In this document: one piece after another, positions 58,358-64,000 of the stretch | Numbering within the stretch: position 1 is the stretch's first letter | Layout of the letters: each line of letters begins with the position of its first letter | NCBI GenBank assembly: GCA_017937705.1 | Contig: JAGBDC010000029.1 | Coordinates: forward strand, 27 to 64,026 | Source: Alphaproteobacteria bacterium | GTDB lineage: Bacteria; Pseudomonadota; Alphaproteobacteria; RF32; CAG-239 | Direction of reading: 5' to 3' | Length of the DNA stretch: 64,000 nucleotides | Position numbers and translations under genes: made by a program | The notes under the pieces: generated by a model | Databases searched by the model: none | What the model was told of the DNA's origin: nothing | The model's input: the letters and a program-made list of their open reading frames with translations, nothing else

Positions 58358-58854
58358 ATCTGTTCTCCTTTTAAAAAAGCAAGTTTTTCTTTTAATATCT
58401 GTCGGGCATTGAATAGTCTGGATTTGACCGTACCTTCGGGAATGTTCATTTTTTTAGCAATAATTTCTATAGAAATGTCTTCAAATTCGTGCAAAATAAT
58501 TACTTTTCTCATTTTTGCCGGCAATTCATCAACTGCTTTTAATATCAATTTTTGTCTTGTTTTAGCTTCAAGAGCTTTTTCTTGTGAGTGCTCATCGGCT
58601 ATACTTGTCATCATTTCCTCATCACAAACTTCTCTAGAGCGCTCATGATAAAGTTTTGAACGAAAATAGTCTCGACAAACATTGGCAGTTAAAGCTCCCA
58701 GCCATTGTCTGAACTTTCCTTGTTCTTGATAATTTTGCATATTGTTCCAAGTTTTTATATATACTTCTTGTTCAATATCCTCATCATAAGAACCGGTCAA
58801 TTTTCTGATTATAGAGCGAATAAACCCCTTGTTTTGCTGAATTATATCTTTCAT
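58354..58854 (-). CDS. ECF-type RNA polymerase sigma-70 factor
   Basis: Region 2 (QEVYIKTWNNMQNY...FRQWLGALTANVCRDYFR) and region 4 (IAKKMNIPEGTVKSRLFNAR). Confidence 0.85.
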   Translation of the reverse strand: MKDIIQQNKGFIRSIIRKLTGSYDEDIEQEVYIKTWNNMQNYQEQGKFRQWLGALTANVCRDYFRSKLYHERSREVCDEEMMTSIADEHSQEKALEAKTRQKLILKAVDELPAKMRKVIILHEFEDISIEIIAKKMNIPEGTVKSRLFNARQILKEKLAFLKGEQI

Positions 58855-59105
58855 TATCCTACCATTAAAAGTCCAAATTCATCAACCGGTAATCCCATTT
58901 CTTCAATTGGTGATACCTGTGAAATATATTGCTCATAATCAACCCATTCACCATTATCAATATAAGATGATTTTTGCGGTACAAAAAGGCTCAGCATCAC
59001 AACCCCGACTAAAGTACAGATACCTACTTTAATACGATTACGTTGTCGTTTTCTGGAAAAATACAGGGGCTTGGCCTCTTGCAACAATTTTGAAATATCA
59101 TCCAT
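58854..59105 (-). CDS. Small single-pass membrane protein upstream of the ECF sigma gene
   Basis: 83 aa. TM helix VGICTLVGVVMLSLFV. Its stop overlaps the sigma-factor start. Confidence 0.5.
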   Translation of the reverse strand: MDDISKLLQEAKPLYFSRKRQRNRIKVGICTLVGVVMLSLFVPQKSSYIDNGEWVDYEQYISQVSPIEEMGLPVDEFGLLMVG

Positions 59106-59177
59106 TTTAACCTCCTTACACAGGCTATAACGAAGTAGCTTCGCCCCCGGTTCATTTTTTTTTATAAATTTTTTAAA

Positions 59178-60338
59178 TTATTTTCCAAATGCGGTTTTAT
59201 ACACTTCTAATATTTGCTCTCTACTGCAAGGACGTGGATTACCGCCGGTGCATACATCAGCCATTGCAGCATCGGTTAAAGCTTCTAAATCTTCTTCTTT
59301 AACTCCGATTTCTTTTAATGTCTCAGGAATGCCGACATCTTTTTTGAGGGTTTTTACTGCCTCAACAGCAGCTTGACGATATTCTTCTGCACTCATATTA
59401 TCTACGTTTTTAATACCCATAACTCTGGCAATTTCACGAAATTTTTCGCCGGTAAACGGAGCATTAAATTCCATAACATAGGGCAATAATACTGCATTTG
59501 CAATCCCGTGTGGTGTATCATAAAAAGCGCTCAACGGGTGAGCCATACCATGAACTACACCTAATCCGACATTGGAAAAAGCCATGCCGGTTACATATTG
59601 CGCCAAAGCCATATCTTCCATGGCTTTTTCATCTTTAGCAACTGCTCCTCGCAACGAACGAGCGATAATTTCTATAGCTTTAAGGTTTAGTGTGTCTGCC
59701 AATTCCCAAGCTGCCAAAGTGGTGTAGCCTTCAATTGCGTGTGTCAATGCATCCATTCCGGTAGCTGCAGCTAAAGATTTTGGCATTGATGCCATCATAT
59801 CAGGATCAACAACTGCAACAACGGGGATATCATGAGGATCTACACAAACAAACTTACGCTTTTTTTCTTCATCGGTAATTACATAGTTGATGGTCGTTTC
59901 GGCAGCTGTTCCGGCAGTTGTGGCAACAGCAATAATAGGAACACTTTTGTTTTTGGTAGGGGCAACGCCTTCTAACGAAACAACATCGGCAAATTCCGGA
60001 TTATTGATTATGATACCGATACCTTTTGCTGTATCTTGAGGAGAACCTCCTCCAATGGCAATCATATAGTCGGCATTTGCGTTTTTAAAAGCTTCAACTC
60101 CGTCTTGTACCATTTTTACACTTGGATTTGCTTTTACTTTGTCATAAATTTCATAGGCTAAATCGGCATCATCTAATAAGTCTGTAACTTTTTTTACAAC
60201 ATTGAATTTTATCAAATCGGCATCGGTTACAATTAATGCTTTTTTGAAACCGCGGTTTTTAACTTCGGGAACAATAGCTTCAATAGCACCTTTGCCGTGA
60301 TAACTTGTTTCGTTAAGAATAAAACGTTTTATAGCCAT
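59178..60338 (-). CDS. fucO: Iron-containing alcohol dehydrogenase (lactaldehyde reductase-like)
   Basis: The N-terminus RFILNETSYHGKGAIEAIVPEVKNRGFKKALIVTD closely parallels E. coli FucO. Also GGGSPQDTAK. Confidence 0.85.
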   Translation of the reverse strand: MAIKRFILNETSYHGKGAIEAIVPEVKNRGFKKALIVTDADLIKFNVVKKVTDLLDDADLAYEIYDKVKANPSVKMVQDGVEAFKNANADYMIAIGGGSPQDTAKGIGIIINNPEFADVVSLEGVAPTKNKSVPIIAVATTAGTAAETTINYVITDEEKKRKFVCVDPHDIPVVAVVDPDMMASMPKSLAAATGMDALTHAIEGYTTLAAWELADTLNLKAIEIIARSLRGAVAKDEKAMEDMALAQYVTGMAFSNVGLGVVHGMAHPLSAFYDTPHGIANAVLLPYVMEFNAPFTGEKFREIARVMGIKNVDNMSAEEYRQAAVEAVKTLKKDVGIPETLKEIGVKEEDLEALTDAAMADVCTGGNPRPCSREQILEVYKTAFGK

Positions 60339-60482
60339 AATATTACCTCCTTAAAATAATAAACTAAACATAGAGTAGTATTTTGATATGACAATTTCAA
60401 CAAAAATATGTTTATTTGTTGTCTTAATAAAAAAAATATTTTATATTGAGTTGTAAGTTGAAAAAATAAGGGAGCTGACGAT

Positions 60483-61280
60483 ATGTCTCTTGAATTAAGA
60501 CCTAATGAATATGTGCTGATAGAAGTTCATTACAGTTATAAAGTATTCGTATTTCCTATGTTATTGATGTGTATAGGTATTTTGATGTTTATAGCCGTAT
60601 GGTCAGGTGTTTTTGAAGGGGTAGATGTCCATTGGTTGAGACGAGGATTTAAAATGTCATCGTTAATGGCAGGTCTTTCTTGTGTACTATTTGTTCCTTA
60701 TATATTCAAACGACTTGATAATAAACTCAAAATTTATGCCGTAACTAATCAGAGGGTGTATATCCGTAAGGGGATTATTAATATTCATGAAAAAGACATA
60801 CCTTTGGCAAAAATAAACGACGTGCAAGTTGTTCAGACATTAGGGCAACGTATGTTTGGAGCCGGTAATATTGTAATTCAGGTTGGTAACGATAAAAGTA
60901 ATATTAGTGTTCAAGATGTGAATCGTCCCCGTGAATTTAGAGATACGATTATTTCAGCTATTTATGAATGGGAAAAAGAAGAAGAGAGCCGTCAAAGGGA
61001 ATACCAACAATCTCAATATGATAATGGTTATAATGATGGTGGGTATAATCAAGGCGGATATAATCAAGGTGGTTATGGTCAAGGCTATAATCAAGGCAGC
61101 TATAATCAGGGGGGCTATGGTCAAGGCTATAATCAAGGCGGCTATAATCAGGGGGGCTATGGTCAGGGCTATAATCAAGGCGGATACAACCAAGGTGGTT
61201 ATGGGCAAGGAGGATATAACCAAGGCGGGTATAACGATGACTACAACAACTCCGGCGGATATAATCCCAATCGTTTTTAA
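60483..61280 (+). CDS. Membrane bPH-domain protein with a C-terminal G/Y/N/Q-rich repeat tail
   Basis: Two TM helices; bPH_2-like YAVTNQRVYIRKGIINIHEKDIPLAKINDVQVVQTLGQRMFGAGNIVIQ; then about 90 aa of GGYNQGGYGQGYNQ repeats. Confidence 0.7.
   Translation: MSLELRPNEYVLIEVHYSYKVFVFPMLLMCIGILMFIAVWSGVFEGVDVHWLRRGFKMSSLMAGLSCVLFVPYIFKRLDNKLKIYAVTNQRVYIRKGIINIHEKDIPLAKINDVQVVQTLGQRMFGAGNIVIQVGNDKSNISVQDVNRPREFRDTIISAIYEWEKEEESRQREYQQSQYDNGYNDGGYNQGGYNQGGYGQGYNQGSYNQGGYGQGYNQGGYNQGGYGQGYNQGGYNQGGYGQGGYNQGGYNDDYNNSGGYNPNRF
61026..61266 (+). repeat. Imperfect in-frame tandem DNA repeats encoding (GGYNQ/GGYGQ/GYNQ)n
   Basis: The unit GGCTATAATCAAGGCGGCTATAATCAGGGGGGCTATGGTCA(A/G) recurs about 3 times, flanked by more diverged copies. 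Confidence 0.85.
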
Positions 61281-61693
61281 ATTTTAAGTATCCAAGTTAT
61301 AACATCCAACAAATTATTTGATTGGATTCTTTCTTCAAAGTCAGACTTATCGATTATTCGATAAGTTTTTCTTGTATAATCGTAGATAAGATAAAAATTT
61401 TCATCTTGACCTAAAACAATGTTTAAAGTTTTTTCATCTTCAAACAAACTTATATTAAAATCGACTAAATCGGGGAAAAATATTGTTCCGGTAGCAACTC
61501 CGAAAATAGTATTTCCATCACAAGAAAGTCCGTTATATTTTTTTAGCAGTTCTGCAAAATCGTTTGGAATATTCGGAATATTATTTTTTCGCAGTTTGAC
61601 ATTAGCAACGGTTATTTGCATATCAGTACAAGGCGAATTTTTACCAACCTCTTCATTTTCTGCTAAAATATTAATCAGTTTATCAAAACTCAT
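61277..61693 (-). CDS. SMI1/KNR4 (SUKH-1) family immunity protein
   Basis: IPNDFAELLKKYNGLSCDGNTIFG and ...FYLIYDYTRKTYRIID fit the SUKH pattern. The start overlaps the upstream toxin stop by 4 nt. Confidence 0.65.
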   Translation of the reverse strand: MSFDKLINILAENEEVGKNSPCTDMQITVANVKLRKNNIPNIPNDFAELLKKYNGLSCDGNTIFGVATGTIFFPDLVDFNISLFEDEKTLNIVLGQDENFYLIYDYTRKTYRIIDKSDFEERIQSNNLLDVITWILKI

Positions 61694-63027
61694 TTTTCAA
61701 TAATTCCTTCTTTAACTTGTACTATAGGAGTATTCCTTTCAACTTTTACATAACCTTTCTGGCGTTCTAAATCCTGTTCTTTACGTTGTTCATCAACAAT
61801 CATAAAATCTTTACCAAACGCCATCATGCAACAAACTCCCGGACCGGGTTCCATACGAGCAATAACATCATCTCCGCTTGGAGGTGTGTATTCTCCCCAT
61901 TTATGACGATATTGCATAGAGTTGCGAAAAGTAGTGTCGTAATTATGCATAGCACCATGAGCTCCTTCTAATTTTTGGTGCTTAACCGGTTTTGTTGTTT
62001 TTTTCTGCATAACTTCTTCAAGTGTTCCGCACCCCATAATACACATATTATCATATTCATTAATATTGCTTAGCGGTTTTCCTTGTTCAGTTAGAACACG
62101 GCAATCTTTTACATTTATGATATGGTGTAAATTAATTGCAGTCTGGTCTTTCCATTCAGGATGTTTAGCTAAAAATCCCGTCATATCCGTATTTCCGCGT
62201 TTCATTTGACCGATTAATTCTTGCACATAATCTTTGCGAGCACCGGGAATTTTCATCATCATATTATAAAATTCCGGATGTTCATTAATAAAACGCATGG
62301 TATTTCTTTGTTTAGCACTTGTAGTCAAAGGTTTTTGAGTGCGAAAATCTCTAATTATGTTTCCGTTTGCATCTAATTGCGGAAAAATCTTGGCAAAAGA
62401 TGTTGATTGTCCGGCACTGCAATGATTGAACAACAAATGTCTGAAGTCGTTTAAATTCATTTCCGGTAATATTTCAGGAGGCACACCGGCTTGAGCCATC
62501 CCTTTGATAATTCTTTTTTCAATGGAAGCAAATTCCGGAAATTGTTTCATAACATTCCATAAAGTTGAATGTTCTAAATTATACTCATCGGTAGTTCTGG
62601 GGTTTTTACCATATTCCGACGGGTTATTAACAATTTTACCATAGTTTTCCGAATAACCGCCTCGTGGACGTTCAACACTTCCGTTAAAAGCAATTCGAGC
62701 AATTTCACTACGTTCATCTTTAGCAACTTCGTGATATATAGCCAAAGACATACCGTTTTCTTCGGCATACGTTCTTAGCTTATCTTCGTCTTCTTTGCTA
62801 TAAGATGCTCTATATGCTGCCCATAGTTTGCTCAAATTTTGAGAAACTTCATCTTGTTTTGAAGTGAAATCTTCTTTACTGATTTTAGGAGTTTGCGATT
62901 GTTCTTTATTTGCTAAGTTTTTTCGCATTGAATTGATGCGATTTCCCATAAAATGACGTTTCCCATCGCCACGTCCCATCCCGCTGCGATTAGGCATTTT
63001 GTCATATTTATCTACATTCGCATCCAT
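61690..63027 (-). CDS. Putative polymorphic toxin with a C-terminal HNH/EndoVII-fold (LHH-like) nuclease domain
   Basis: AINLHHIINVKD...NEYDNMCIMG...EGAHGAMHNYD resembles LHH/AHH-type HNH toxin modules. Followed by a SUKH immunity gene. No recognised trafficking domain in the N-terminal ~300 aa. Confidence 0.55.
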   Translation of the reverse strand: MDANVDKYDKMPNRSGMGRGDGKRHFMGNRINSMRKNLANKEQSQTPKISKEDFTSKQDEVSQNLSKLWAAYRASYSKEDEDKLRTYAEENGMSLAIYHEVAKDERSEIARIAFNGSVERPRGGYSENYGKIVNNPSEYGKNPRTTDEYNLEHSTLWNVMKQFPEFASIEKRIIKGMAQAGVPPEILPEMNLNDFRHLLFNHCSAGQSTSFAKIFPQLDANGNIIRDFRTQKPLTTSAKQRNTMRFINEHPEFYNMMMKIPGARKDYVQELIGQMKRGNTDMTGFLAKHPEWKDQTAINLHHIINVKDCRVLTEQGKPLSNINEYDNMCIMGCGTLEEVMQKKTTKPVKHQKLEGAHGAMHNYDTTFRNSMQYRHKWGEYTPPSGDDVIARMEPGPGVCCMMAFGKDFMIVDEQRKEQDLERQKGYVKVERNTPIVQVKEGIIEK

Positions 63028-63150
63028 TATACTTCACCTCACTATATATTATACACTCTTTTTTTGTCTAATTACAACAAAAAAACACACTTTAAATCAA
63101 ATTTATTAAATCTTATATCTATATATGAAGTTCAAATAAGGAGAAGTGGT

Positions 63151-63672
63151 ATGGAAGAGCAAAATGTTTGGAAAAAAGTTGCGTTTTGGCGCTTATGTAT
63201 CGGGATTATAATGATAATAGTGGGTTTTGCAGTTTGGATGAATCCGATTGCAAGCTTAATTGCGTTAGCGATATATGCCGGAATTGCGTTTATAATTGCC
63301 GGAGTAGGGTATATTGTCAGTTCATTTTCTTTTCAGTCCGGTTGGGAACTGTTAGTAGGATTGTTAGACGTTTTTGTAGGAATTATTCTTGTTTCCAATC
63401 TTGGAGTAACAATTGTAAGTTTGCCGATAATATTTGCTCTATGGTGTTTAGCGGTCGGCATAATTCAAATGGTTACATCGTTTAAGATTAAAAAAATCGG
63501 TTTACCGTGGGGATGGAGCTTCTTAATGGGATTATTAGGAATTATATTCTCATTTATGATTTTAGGACATCCTATTGTCGGTGCATTAACCATAACTACA
63601 ATTATAGGCCTTTATATTGTTGTTTATGGTGCAATTTCTGTTGCCGAATATTTTTCTTTACCTAAAGATTAG
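63151..63672 (+). CDS. hdeD: HdeD/DUF308-family membrane protein
   Basis: Start at MEEQNVWKK after AAGGAGA. Six TM helices with the repeated DUF308 pattern. Confidence 0.8.
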   Translation: MEEQNVWKKVAFWRLCIGIIMIIVGFAVWMNPIASLIALAIYAGIAFIIAGVGYIVSSFSFQSGWELLVGLLDVFVGIILVSNLGVTIVSLPIIFALWCLAVGIIQMVTSFKIKKIGLPWGWSFLMGLLGIIFSFMILGHPIVGALTITTIIGLYIVVYGAISVAEYFSLPKD

Positions 63673-63680
63673 AAGTAATA

Positions 63681-63711
63681 AAAAAAGGCGGGGAAAATCC
63701 CCGCCTTTTTT
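63681..63711. terminator. Bidirectional terminator
   Basis: aaaaaa-GGCGGGG-aaaa-TCCCCGCC-tttttt. Confidence 0.75.
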
Positions 63712-63729
63712 GTGATAATGAGGAGTTCA

Positions 63730-64000
63730 TTACCAACTGTAGTTTACACCTGCACCGAGAGCTGTGGCGTCATAGCTTGAGCCGAAGGTATAGTTTGCCC
63801 AACCGTATACTGACCAGTTGTCATTGAAACCATAGTTGCCGCCGATTTCAATTCTGCCCAAGGTTTGGTCGTGGTAAGTATCAATTTCATTTAAGCCGGT
63901 AATTGATACTTCGTCATCTTCGGTTAAGGTTTGGATTACACTCGGTTTTATATAAGCTTTGCCGTTCTCAAAGTTTTTAGATAAGCTTAATCCTAACTCG
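63730..64000 (-). CDS. Outer-membrane beta-barrel protein, C-terminal part (5' end outside window)
   Basis: My manual minus-strand translation gives ...GNYGFNDNWSVYGWANYTFGSSYDATALGAGVNYSW*, open to the window edge. It is not in the ORF track because it has no start codon in the window. Confidence 0.6.
   Translation of the reverse strand, partial: ELGLSLSKNFENGKAYIKPSVIQTLTEDDEVSITGLNEIDTYHDQTLGRIEIGGNYGFNDNWSVYGWANYTFGSSYDATALGAGVNYSW

Noticed and set aside
60931-61287. Alternative-frame ORFs (60931-61287 plus, 60954-61223 minus) across the GGYNQ repeat DNA.
   Set aside because: They are by-products of tandem repeats, which keep all frames open. The frame continuous with the bPH domain is the credible one.
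62953-63150. The long N-terminal extension of the HdeD-like ORF starting at 62953.
   Set aside because: It overlaps the start of the toxin gene on the other strand and lacks an RBS. ATG 63151 is preceded by AAGGAGA and begins the conserved membrane domain.

Overview
This is an AT-rich, densely coding chromosomal segment from a Gram-negative bacterium. Roughly 0-33.5 kb and 49.5-60.4 kb are ordinary housekeeping: rarA, an RluC/D-type synthase, asmA, ddl, miaA, mreB, the dcw head mraZ-rsmH-ftsL-ftsI, RNase P RNA, lpxC-bamD-recN-gltX, an MlaEFD/PqiC-type operon, fadL, nhaA, glyQS, trpS, serS, adhE and a fucO-like gene. An ATP12-like gene, the LPS/Bam genes and fermentative adhE hint at an anaerobic, possibly alphaproteobacterium-related host, but that is inference only.

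Three accessory patches stand out.

(1) 33.5-42.6 kb is a tRNA-Gln-anchored island of four small cargo modules, each bounded by a direct copy of the tRNA 3'-end/terminator core. The cargo is:
- an AbiV-like gene beside a decapitated integrase;
- a lipoprotein plus 1-TM protein pair;
- a bPH membrane protein next to a fused MTase-TRD / PD-(D/E)xK restriction pair;
- an uncharacterised two-gene module (a 345-aa protein plus a 308-aa wHTH/PD-(D/E)xK-like protein), which is my best candidate for an undescribed defence system.

(2) 44.4-49.5 kb is a toxin patch. It holds a Tlde1/DUF2778-like L,D-transpeptidase toxin, tandemly duplicated small membrane genes, a truncated RTX-type fragment, an ankyrin protein and a duplicated 145-bp terminator-promoter cassette.

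(3) 60.4-63.0 kb holds a PH-domain protein with a G/Y/N/Q repeat tail next to an LHH/HNH-like toxin and SUKH immunity pair.

I saw no CRISPR array, rRNA, transposase or intact integrase. All family assignments come from motif recognition by eye and need profile or structure searches.
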